64,000 nt of DNA from Candidatus Kaiserbacteria bacterium (GTDB lineage: Bacteria > Patescibacteriota > Minisyncoccia > Phycocordibacterales > Phycocordibacteraceae): NCBI GenBank assembly GCA_016217905.1, contig JACRFL010000013.1, positions 3,184 to 67,183 on the forward strand, written 5' to 3'. A program made the position numbers and the translations under genes. Of this stretch, positions 8,887 to 16,798 are shown in pieces. The number at the start of each line of letters is the position of its first letter. Position 1 is the stretch's first letter. The notes under the pieces are model-generated. The model did not search any database and had not been told where the DNA came from. It saw only the letters and a list, made by a program, of their open reading frames with translations.

Positions 8887-10224
8887 TCACGCGTCGGCAA
8901 TGAAGTTTTTAAGTTGCGCTCCGTCATGAATCGTACTGCCATAACGCGCGCGGAATGCGGCGAGAAAATCTGAATCATCAAACTTCACGACCGGATTATC
9001 GACATAGGTGAAATAGTTTGCCGACGGGAGAAGGTTGTACGCACTTGGCATATTTGCTGTAAGCGTGCGAGCGGTTTCGGGAGAAAGGAAAACAGAAAGC
9101 CAATCCTTGGGCAATCCCTGTTCGTATCCGTGAAGAATCGCGCTAATCGCTTGCGGCGTTCCCGCCTGCGGCACGGCAATAAAAATGATCTTGTCGATGA
9201 GTTTGGCGGCTTCCGTATCGACGAGCTTCTGGATAAGCGCTTTGGTCATGAGTCCGCCGTTACTGTGCGCGACGATGGTCACCTTGCCCGTCTTCGAGCT
9301 TTTAGCCAGTCGGCGGAGCTCTTGACTGATATAGGGCGACGAAGTCGCCCTAAGGTCGCCGGAATAGTAGATGCGGCCGTCGGGAATGGGAACGGGCACC
9401 ACCAGACTCGTGGTAACGACGTGCCCGGATCCATCGTAGGCGGTGATGGTAATTTTAATTGAGGCGGCGATACTGAGAGCGTTCGACGGACTGTCGTTAA
9501 GAATAAATGGCACACGAGTGAATGAGCCATCGACCGAGGAAGCGATCGCTGTTGTGAGCAAATTTTTGCCATAGTCAATTCCACCGCTGGAACCAAAAAT
9601 CGGATTCCCTAGTGCGTCCCATAACGTTTCCCTGATCTGATATATGGTTAAAACGCTACCGGTGCCGTCCGATAACCCGCTCAAATACATAACGTCGCCT
9701 TTTTGGGGCGGCACGACTGAGAATGAAATGTCAGTGAGCGAAATCGTCGGCGGAACGTTGTCGATTATTATCTTCGTGCTACCCGTGGCAACATTCCCCA
9801 CCGCGTCAGTGGCTATCACCGAGATGGTCTTAAGACCATCGGGAACATCCGCACCGATAGTTAGCGGCCAGAATTTAAAAAAATAATCCGGGTAATAATC
9901 GGCACCATTGATATAAAAATGATACGGATTATTTCCCCCCGATAAAGGCGTAGTGGTCGGGCTTAAGAAACCTATCTGTGAAAGATCGGCTGAGATGGTC
10001 GGTACCCCTTGCCAGCTTTGCACGTTAATTGTAATCTGCTGGTTCGCGTCACCCGCTTTAAGTGTGGTTTGATACATTCCGTATCCCAAAGTCGAAATCA
10101 TCGGCAGGTCTCCAATTCTGACTTGAGCCACGTACAGTGGTGAACTCGCCTGAACTAAGGACGGAAAAATAAAAAACACGAGCGAAAAGAAAAACGGCCA
10201 AAAAACTTGTGCACGGGTGTGCAT
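8887..10224 (-). CDS. N-terminal portion of a secreted alpha/beta-hydrolase (lipase/esterase-like) surface protein; ends at an in-frame TGA
   Basis: Signal-like N-terminus (FWPFFFSLVFFIFPSLVQA), Ig-like region, nucleophile elbow VTIVAHSNGG. Confidence 0.65.
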   Translation of the reverse strand: MHTRAQVFWPFFFSLVFFIFPSLVQASSPLYVAQVRIGDLPMISTLGYGMYQTTLKAGDANQQITINVQSWQGVPTISADLSQIGFLSPTTTPLSGGNNPYHFYINGADYYPDYFFKFWPLTIGADVPDGLKTISVIATDAVGNVATGSTKIIIDNVPPTISLTDISFSVVPPQKGDVMYLSGLSDGTGSVLTIYQIRETLWDALGNPIFGSSGGIDYGKNLLTTAIASSVDGSFTRVPFILNDSPSNALSIAASIKITITAYDGSGHVVTTSLVVPVPIPDGRIYYSGDLRATSSPYISQELRRLAKSSKTGKVTIVAHSNGGLMTKALIQKLVDTEAAKLIDKIIFIAVPQAGTPQAISAILHGYEQGLPKDWLSVFLSPETARTLTANMPSAYNLLPSANYFTYVDNPVVKFDDSDFLAAFRARYGSTIHDGAQLKNFIADA

Positions 10225-10273
10225 CGTATCTAATGTAGCACCAATACTCGTGGAACGAGTATACTATGCACAT

Positions 10274-11965
10274 ATGACAAAAGACGAATTGAAAAACGCG
10301 CTTGCGGGTGTCCTGCAAGGGGAAGTATCGAATGATGCGGTGGCGCTTGAGAAAGCGAGCCGCGACACCTCCCTCTTCGAGCGAATGCCGAAGCTGGTAG
10401 TGTATCCAAAAGATGCCAAGGACGTGAGCGCGGCGGTGAGAGAGGTAGCCCGCGCCCGCTCCGCGGGCGCGGATGTATCGCTTGCGGCGCGCGCGGGCGG
10501 GACCGATATGTCGGGCGGCCCCTTGACCACTAGCATCGTGGTTTCCTTCACCAAACACATGAATCATGTACTCGAGGTTTCCTCCAACTTGGAGGCCCGG
10601 CCTCCAAGTGAAGGATATGCGGTGACGGAACCGGGGGTTTATTATAGGGATTTTGAAAAGGCGACGCTTGAAAAAGGCTTCATACTTCCCTCTTATCCCG
10701 CCAGCCGCGAGATAGCCGCCATGGGCGGCATCGTCGCGAACAATTCCGGCGGCGAGCGCACGCTCAAGTACGGCCAGACGGAGCGGTACGTCGAGGAACT
10801 GGAGGTCGTGCTCTCTGACGGTTCGCAAGTTACGTTCAAAGCGTTGACACCTGCGGAATTGGAGGAAAAAAAGAAACTTCAGACGCTTGAAGGCGCCATC
10901 TACCGCGAGATGGACGCGCTTATCACCGACAATGCCGGGCTCATCGAGGGGCGCCGGCCGCGCGTGTCGAAGAATTCCGCCGGCTACGCGCTCTGGAGCG
11001 TACTTGATGCGAAAACCGGCACCTTCAATCTCGCGAAGCTGATCTGCGGCTCCCAGGGGACGCTCGCCCTCTGGACGAAGGCGGAGCTCTCCCTCGTGAA
11101 GCCGAAAGGGCACCGCGCGATGCTCGTCGCCTTCCTCTACGACCTTTCCGACCTCCCCGAAATAGTAAAGCGCGTGCTCGCGCAGGGCCCGGAATCTTTC
11201 GAATCTTATGACGACCACACCTTCACGCTTGCGGTGAAATTCATTCCCGAGATGCTTTCGCAGATGGGCTTGTTTAAGGCCGCGCGGCTCGGCATCGACT
11301 TCATCAGCGAAGCGGCAATGGTCGCCACCGGCGGCGTGCCGAAGCTCATCTTGATGGCGGAATTCGCCGAGGACACTATCGAGGAAGCCGATCGGAAGGC
11401 GCTTCTCGCGAAGGAAGCGCTCGCCGACCTTCATCTTCATACCAAAATAGAGAAGGATGAGAAAGAGTCGGAGAAGTATTGGATCGTCCGACGCGAGAGC
11501 TTCTCGCTCCTGCGCAAGAACGTTCACGGGCTCCACACCGCGCCTTTCATCGACGATTTCGTCGTTCCGCCTTCGAGCTATCCCGACTTCCTGCCGAAAC
11601 TGAACGCGCTTCTCGAGGAATACTCATCGCACTTCATCTACACGATCGCGGGACACATCGGCAACGGCAACTTCCACATCATTCCGCTCATGGATCTCAC
11701 GAAGGAGGAGAACCGACAAGTCATCCTCGACCTTGCGCCCCGAGTCTACGAACTCGTCACCCGAGAGGGTGGCACGACGACCGGCGAGCACAACGACGGC
11801 ATCATCCGCACGCCGTACCTCAAGCTGGTTTTCGGCGCGGAAATGGTCGCGCTCTTCGAGCGGACGAAAAAAATCTTCGATCCTTTGAATATTTTCAACC
11901 CCGGGAAGAAAGTCGGCGGCACGTTTGCTGACATCGAGCGGGACATGATTAAGACGGCACCGTAA
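10274..11965 (+). CDS. FAD-binding oxidoreductase (GlcD/D-lactate dehydrogenase-like)
   Basis: ARAGGTDMSGGPL FAD_binding_4-type motif and GTTTGEHNDG in the C-terminal domain. ATG 10274 preferred over the track start 10217. Confidence 0.8.
   Translation: MTKDELKNALAGVLQGEVSNDAVALEKASRDTSLFERMPKLVVYPKDAKDVSAAVREVARARSAGADVSLAARAGGTDMSGGPLTTSIVVSFTKHMNHVLEVSSNLEARPPSEGYAVTEPGVYYRDFEKATLEKGFILPSYPASREIAAMGGIVANNSGGERTLKYGQTERYVEELEVVLSDGSQVTFKALTPAELEEKKKLQTLEGAIYREMDALITDNAGLIEGRRPRVSKNSAGYALWSVLDAKTGTFNLAKLICGSQGTLALWTKAELSLVKPKGHRAMLVAFLYDLSDLPEIVKRVLAQGPESFESYDDHTFTLAVKFIPEMLSQMGLFKAARLGIDFISEAAMVATGGVPKLILMAEFAEDTIEEADRKALLAKEALADLHLHTKIEKDEKESEKYWIVRRESFSLLRKNVHGLHTAPFIDDFVVPPSSYPDFLPKLNALLEEYSSHFIYTIAGHIGNGNFHIIPLMDLTKEENRQVILDLAPRVYELVTREGGTTTGEHNDGIIRTPYLKLVFGAEMVALFERTKKIFDPLNIFNPGKKVGGTFADIERDMIKTAP
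10581..10609. repeat. Palindromic element family A copy, inside the FAD oxidoreductase CDS
   Basis: CCTCCAA-C-TTGGAGG-CCCGG-CCTCCAAGT. The core ACTTGGAGGCCCGGCCTCCAAGT is the reverse complement of the 38453 copy. Encodes SSNLEARPPS. Confidence 0.8.
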
Positions 11966-11969
11966 AAAA

Positions 11970-11989
11970 GGCGCCTCGCGCGAGGCGCC
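11970..11989. terminator. Bidirectional terminator hairpin GGCGCCTCGCGCGAGGCGCC between convergent genes
   Basis: 20-nt perfect GC palindrome flanked by A6 on the plus strand, which reads as T6 on the minus strand. Confidence 0.6.
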
Positions 11990-12010
11990 CTTGCGGAAAG
12001 GACCAGGAAA

Positions 12011-12430
12011 TCATCTGGCCCACTTCGCTAACTGGAGTTCGGCGGACAATCGCGCGCCGCGGTCGTTCCGGGCTGAGAAGGGCAGGTGCAGATGGTCGTA
12101 CCGCTCCCCAACATCGGCCACGATCGGCGGTCTATACACCCGCATATCGAACCAGTACTTGAACAATTCGCCGGTCGGCTGTGACTCGTCGATTTTGTCC
12201 AGCTCGCAATTTTCGCACGCGCCGGAGTTGATCGGAAACGGGCAATCCCGACACCCTGTTGGTTCAGCCGCAATGCCGCAGACTGTCGACTCGGTGTCTA
12301 GCTCGTTCGGGTCAGGCGCCGCGTCCGCGTGATGCGCGGGAAGACGTAGAGCGGCCCATCGGACGATTCCCTTCACTGCTTTGGCTCGAGCTGCAGCCTC
12401 TTCTTCTCTGAACGGTAAGTAACGAGGCAT
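12011..12430 (-). CDS. Hypothetical Cys-containing protein (139 aa)
   Basis: ATG 12430 preceded by AAGGGGAAA. CGIAAEPTGCRDCPFPINSGACENC Cys cluster. Followed by the terminator at 11970. Confidence 0.5.
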   Translation of the reverse strand: MPRYLPFREEEAAARAKAVKGIVRWAALRLPAHHADAAPDPNELDTESTVCGIAAEPTGCRDCPFPINSGACENCELDKIDESQPTGELFKYWFDMRVYRPPIVADVGERYDHLHLPFSARNDRGARLSAELQLAKWAR

Positions 12431-12569
12431 GATATTTCCCCTTTTTTGCGAAAGTTTTTGAAAGATCAATCTCCTTGCCGGAAGTCGCACGCCGGAGGCG
12501 CTTGACTTATGGCACTTTTATACTACAACGTTTCCCGAATAACAGCAAGTGCTCTTTGGGGATAGCCGC

Positions 12570-12596
12570 CCCGCGGACGGCTTTGCCGTCCGCGGG
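12570..12596 (-). terminator. GC hairpin CCCGCGGACGG-CTTTG-CCGTCCGCGGG downstream of the SipW/TasA-like operon
   Basis: 11-bp perfect arms. No clear U-tract, so its function is uncertain. Confidence 0.3.
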
Positions 12597-12721
12597 AACT
12601 CTGCTATATTCCCTTGATGAAGCGCGCCCTCGCCGTCACTATCGTCGTCCTCTTGGCGCTTGGCATGCTCGGGATGTTCTTCCCCGCCCTCGTCTCCGGC
12701 AGACTCTGATTTTGTCCGGAG

Positions 12722-12964
12722 CTATTCCGGATCGCGTGAATAGCGAATCCAGGCGAGCCATGCAAGCAATCCCGCGAGAATCACGGAAAGCGGAATAACA
12801 ATGCATTCATTCCGGAAGATAAGCGCATAGGCGAGCGCGAGGAGGATGCCTCCGATGAGGAACAGCGCCCTCTTCAATCGGTACTCGCGAGGCGGCATAC
12901 TCTCCGCATAACCGCGCCATACGCTGATCAGCATCCATGCCACCAGGAGGCCGACGAGTACCAT
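12722..12964 (-). CDS. Small two-helix membrane protein; likely the displaced C-terminus of the upstream gene
   Basis: 80-aa ORF, but the same frame is open and start-less for 98 further codons up to 13258 (Gly/Ser-rich linker ... LLGLPPGFFEF). Confidence 0.4.
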   Translation of the reverse strand: MVLVGLLVAWMLISVWRGYAESMPPREYRLKRALFLIGGILLALAYALIFRNECIVIPLSVILAGLLAWLAWIRYSRDPE

Positions 12965-13146
12965 GAGCGGAATGAGAAGGCAATCGAACGATGCGGAGAA
13001 TTCGAAGAAACCGGGCGGCAGGCCAAGAAGTGCGGCGGCCGCGAGCGTGCCCCCCGCTTCTCCCGCGGTCTCCCCGCTTGAGGTCGCTTGCGCGCCCTTC
13101 GCGCCCCCTTCAGTCGGAGTCTGAAGCGCGACATTCCCCCCGCCTT

Positions 13147-14133
13147 CTATCGTTTTGCCGCCTCCGGAGGAAGACCCGGGAGCGGGCGTCGAACCGCCCC
13201 CACTGGACTGTTCGTCGAACCGCCTGCTTGCGCCAACAAGGGCACCGTGAACCGGCGCTCAACGCTTATCGTCGGCGGCGAGGCCCGAGAGATGACGCGG
13301 TATACGTACGTCTCTCCCGGCGTCAGACCGGTGAGTAAGAAAGAATGATTCGTTACTTTCGTCGTGTCTTCGGGAGTGGCGAACGGGTAGCCAAAATTCG
13401 GAGGTATCAGGACCAGAGCGTAGGGGCCGCCGGAGACCGGGCCATAGACGACCTGGCTGGTCGAGAGAAGATTTGTTTCCCACGTTATCGTGGCTAGTCC
13501 GGACTGGCCCACGTTCGATATGTCGAGGGCTTTTTCGTTGAATATGAAGAGACTGTTCCCAATCGATCCCCCGCCTCCTCCTCCGCCAGAACCAAGAATA
13601 GTCCCACCGCCCGGCGGCGTTCCACCTCCTCCGCCGCCTTCGCCTCCTACGACCGTGTTGCCGCAGCGGGTGGTACCCCCGTTGAACCCGACGCATACGT
13701 CGAAGCCGAGCGTCTTTCCTTGATACGAATTATCGCTTGAATCGATGAAGGAAACGTTGTACGTGAACGTCTTTGATTCTCCGTTTCCAATCGCACCGAG
13801 AGGGACTTCACCGGCGGTCGAGAGGAAATTCGCAAGAGAGTCGTCGAAGAGTGTTCCGCTGTTCCCGGTTATAGAGAGATGCAGAAGGGCGCTGAAGTTG
13901 CCGGCATCAAAAACATTAATGGCTTCGGTCAAGACGTTTTGTGTCGCGCCGGAATTATTGGTGACCGTAACGGTGCCGGCCGTCGAGTCGAGCGGAAGAA
14001 AATTCGATTTGTTGAACAGCGGATCCGGGACGAACTGGACGCCAAGCGGCGCCTGTGCCAAGGCAACGCCGGCGAAGCCCGTCAGAGAGAGGGCGACGAC
14101 CGGCAGTATCGAGATTTTAAGAAAGTTCTTCAT
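13147..14133 (-). CDS. Secreted protein with FN3-like domain and poly-Gly tracts
   Basis: ATG 14133, 5 nt after the upstream stop. Signal peptide MKNFLKISILPVVALSLTGFAGVALA. ATITWETN...LTGLTPGETYVYRV FN3-like signature. Confidence 0.65.
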   Translation of the reverse strand: MKNFLKISILPVVALSLTGFAGVALAQAPLGVQFVPDPLFNKSNFLPLDSTAGTVTVTNNSGATQNVLTEAINVFDAGNFSALLHLSITGNSGTLFDDSLANFLSTAGEVPLGAIGNGESKTFTYNVSFIDSSDNSYQGKTLGFDVCVGFNGGTTRCGNTVVGGEGGGGGGTPPGGGTILGSGGGGGGGSIGNSLFIFNEKALDISNVGQSGLATITWETNLLSTSQVVYGPVSGGPYALVLIPPNFGYPFATPEDTTKVTNHSFLLTGLTPGETYVYRVISRASPPTISVERRFTVPLLAQAGGSTNSPVGAVRRPLPGLPPEAAKR

Positions 14134-14137
14134 ACGT

Positions 14138-16135
14138 TTATTCGGCCGGGGTCGCCTCCGTCGGAGCGCTCTCGACAACTGCCGGAGCGCTCTCCGCCAC
14201 CACTGCCGCCGGCTCCGCTGGAGCGACTGCGGGCTCGGGGATGGCTGGCTCGACCGGCGTTTCCACGGCCGCTTCCGGCTCCGGAGAGAGAATGTCCTCT
14301 TCACGTGTGACGGCCGGCTCGACCGCCGCCGGCTGATCGGGAGCGGCCGTCTCCGCGGGAGCGGTCTCTTGAGACGTTCCCTCTGTCGAGATAGTCGTTT
14401 CAGACGCCACGATCTCGGTCTCCTCGGACGCACCTTCCTCGACCGGCAGCGGCGCCACGACGTTCTCCGGCCCGATGAAGAGGGGGAACGGATCATAGAT
14501 TCGGCCGCTCACGCTGCCAGAATTGAGCATCGGATTTTCCGGACCGATGGCGACGAGATGGATCCAGATGTAGCCGAGGAATCCGGACGGCACCGTCCAG
14601 GTAAACGCGCCGTCGTTTCCAGTAGTTTCGACTATCGTGTGCGTCGTGTCACCCAGACTTATTTTTCCGTCGTGGTTTACGTCCTTCACGTAGTAGATGC
14701 CGATGTCGAGGTCGCCGTCGGGGCCGTTGTTATTCGTCGCCGTCCACTTGATCTCGTAACTGTGCGTCCAGTACCACGTGTACGAGCCTCCCTCGTCCGG
14801 GTAGACGAGATCGATCGAAGGCGGCACGAGTTCTTTCCAATCGGAGGGCGCGTCGGTGTCGTAACCGGAAGGTACTCGAGCAAGGACGTTGCCCTCGGCG
14901 ACATTTGCCGCCCCGGGATCCCAGACGTTCGGATTGTAATTCGTCCATCCGGTGTCGGGGGTGCCCCAGTTCATCTGGTCGACGATAATCCTGTCGGGAC
15001 GTTTGAGGACAAGCATGTCGGCGTCGTTATCCAAACCGCCCCCGATTTTCGAATGTATGTTGATTTCGGTCACCTCGCTCGGCAGATACCAGTACGCGGG
15101 CAGGCCGCTCGAAACGGTCGTTGAGGTGGCGGTGGTTGACGTGGCAACGATGACCGCATATTTCTGCGCGGGAATGAGGAGTGTCGTCGGCAGGGTGTCA
15201 CACGAGGTGTTGTCGCAAATCTGCCATCCGGAAATATCCAAAGGCACGTTTGTCTGATTGTAGATCTCCACCCATTCGTTCGTACCCTCCGCACCGCGCT
15301 CCGGCGTTTTCACGTTGTAGTAGATCTTGTTGATCCGGAATCCCCACGAAGCGAGATGGTTTTTTACTTTTTCCGTATCGTTAAATCCGCCACCCTCGTA
15401 GCTCGGGTAGTCGTGCCGCGTTTGCCAGCCGTTGTAATCGATGTCGAAGTCGCAGGTGCGGTTTTGGAGATTGCTGGTCCCCGCCGTGTAGGCGAATTCC
15501 CACGGGTCGAGCGCGGTTGTCGTGGCGGTGAGGAGCCCCGTAAGAGGACCGTGATACATCTGGGTGCCCCCGCGCGTCGCGGTAACGTCAAGCCCCGAGC
15601 AGAAATCGGCATCGCCGGTAAAGTTGGTCGAGGTGGCGAAGTATTGAAACGGATTGCTCGCTTGCGGGTCGATCGCAACCGTCTTTTTCGTAACATCTCC
15701 GGGCGGCATCGACACGGCCGTACTCGTCGCCTGCCAGCCGGAAGTTGTCAGCGAGAAATCGACCGAACCCGCCCGGAAGGCATTCTCGGTCGAGCTCTCG
15801 ATATCGTTGTAGTATCCCCTTGTACTGCCGAGGCCGGTGATGCCGACGCTGTTAAGGCCGATCATGAGCGTGACGGCGAGCGCTTTAAGCGACAGCCGCG
15901 GCGTCGCCCTTATAAAAAACGGAGAGAGGACGCTCTTGCGCCTGTTCGCCCGCGCCGCGCGCGGCGCGCACGCGGCGCGCGGGCGCAGATCGAGCACATG
16001 CGCAGACGACGCGACGCGACGCGCCTTCCTCCTGGCGACCCTTCTCACCGGCACGGAAACACGCGCAGCGACAGTCGCTTTTTCTTTTTTCCGGGGAGTC
16101 TTCTTTATCGCTCCCGTTTTAATATGTACCGCCAT
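14138..16135 (-). CDS. TasA/CalY-like N-terminal module fused to a lamin-tail domain (LTD) and a Pro/Glu/Ala-rich tail
   Basis: GSTRGYYNDIESSTENAFRAGSVDFSL resembles the SipW-cognate TasA N-terminus. NEWVEIYNQTNVPLDISGWQICD is an LTD signature. Arg/Lys-rich extension of about 80 aa before the hydrophobic segment. Confidence 0.7.
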   Translation of the reverse strand: MAVHIKTGAIKKTPRKKEKATVAARVSVPVRRVARRKARRVASSAHVLDLRPRAACAPRAARANRRKSVLSPFFIRATPRLSLKALAVTLMIGLNSVGITGLGSTRGYYNDIESSTENAFRAGSVDFSLTTSGWQATSTAVSMPPGDVTKKTVAIDPQASNPFQYFATSTNFTGDADFCSGLDVTATRGGTQMYHGPLTGLLTATTTALDPWEFAYTAGTSNLQNRTCDFDIDYNGWQTRHDYPSYEGGGFNDTEKVKNHLASWGFRINKIYYNVKTPERGAEGTNEWVEIYNQTNVPLDISGWQICDNTSCDTLPTTLLIPAQKYAVIVATSTTATSTTVSSGLPAYWYLPSEVTEINIHSKIGGGLDNDADMLVLKRPDRIIVDQMNWGTPDTGWTNYNPNVWDPGAANVAEGNVLARVPSGYDTDAPSDWKELVPPSIDLVYPDEGGSYTWYWTHSYEIKWTATNNNGPDGDLDIGIYYVKDVNHDGKISLGDTTHTIVETTGNDGAFTWTVPSGFLGYIWIHLVAIGPENPMLNSGSVSGRIYDPFPLFIGPENVVAPLPVEEGASEETEIVASETTISTEGTSQETAPAETAAPDQPAAVEPAVTREEDILSPEPEAAVETPVEPAIPEPAVAPAEPAAVVAESAPAVVESAPTEATPAE

Positions 16136-16142
16136 ATATCGG

Positions 16143-16163
16143 TGTGGAGGTCAGACCTTCATA
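16143..16163. repeat. Palindromic element family B-like copy overlapping the sipW stop codon
   Basis: TGTGGAGGTCAGACCTTCATA. Arms pair with two G-T positions. Confidence 0.5.
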
Positions 16164-16704
16164 GCGCGGCAGAATCACCGAGAGGATCTTCTCCTTTCGG
16201 CCGCTTCATCTTCCGCACCTCCCTCCGGATATTCTGCGCTTCGTCGAAGACGACGATGACAGCCGGCACGCCGATGAGAAGAACGAATCCGAACGGCTTT
16301 TTCGCGAAGTCGAGCAGGTAGCCGAGATACGGGACCGAGAAGAGCACCTTCCCGATTACCTCGCTTTGCCGCACCAGCTGCGGATCGGAATCTTCGTTCG
16401 CGTCTCCCTTCGTCGTGTAGTAGAAGACGCCGCCCCTCACCTCGTCAGAGACGATGCGATGGGTCGTCGGGACTTGCGTCTTCGTGTCCGGCCCGAACAT
16501 GATGACGTCTCCCACCGCGTACTTCCCGAGAGGCTTGACCACCGTGAGCGCGCCCGTCTTGATGGTCGGCTCCATTGAGCCCGACTGAACTATTTTCACC
16601 TCGATATTCCCCGGTATCGGCACCAGGCTCACCACGAGGAGCGCGCCAAGCGCAAGGACGGCGCCGACGAGGACGTAATATGCGGTTTTGAAGAGTGTGT
16701 GCAT
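16159..16704 (-). CDS. sipW: Signal peptidase I, SipW/archaeal-eukaryotic (S26B) type
   Basis: SGSMEPT (Ser), THRIV (His), TKGDAN box, plus a C-terminal membrane helix. Confidence 0.85.
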   Translation of the reverse strand: MHTLFKTAYYVLVGAVLALGALLVVSLVPIPGNIEVKIVQSGSMEPTIKTGALTVVKPLGKYAVGDVIMFGPDTKTQVPTTHRIVSDEVRGGVFYYTTKGDANEDSDPQLVRQSEVIGKVLFSVPYLGYLLDFAKKPFGFVLLIGVPAVIVVFDEAQNIRREVRKMKRPKGEDPLGDSAAL

Positions 16705-16730
16705 GCGTGGCTCCGCTCGAGCCCCGGCTC

Positions 16731-16758
16731 TTCCGCGCCGCGAACATGCGGCGCGGAA
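16731..16758 (-). promoter_or_regulatory. Intra-operon hairpin TTCCGCGCCGC-GAACAT-GCGGCGCGGAA between the TasA-like gene and sipW
   Basis: 11-bp perfect GC-rich arms in the 94-nt gap. Possible attenuator or processing site. Confidence 0.35.
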
Positions 16759-16798
16759 CCTGCCGATACTCGAGCGCTACTCGGTCAAGAGAGATCTC

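Noticed and set aside
12617-12709. 30-aa hydrophobic plus-strand ORF (MKRALAVTIVVLLALGMLGMFFPALVSGRL).
   Set aside because: There is no Shine-Dalgarno sequence and only a -10-like TATATT 6 nt upstream. It is too short to distinguish from chance in this intergenic region, so I have not called it as a feature.
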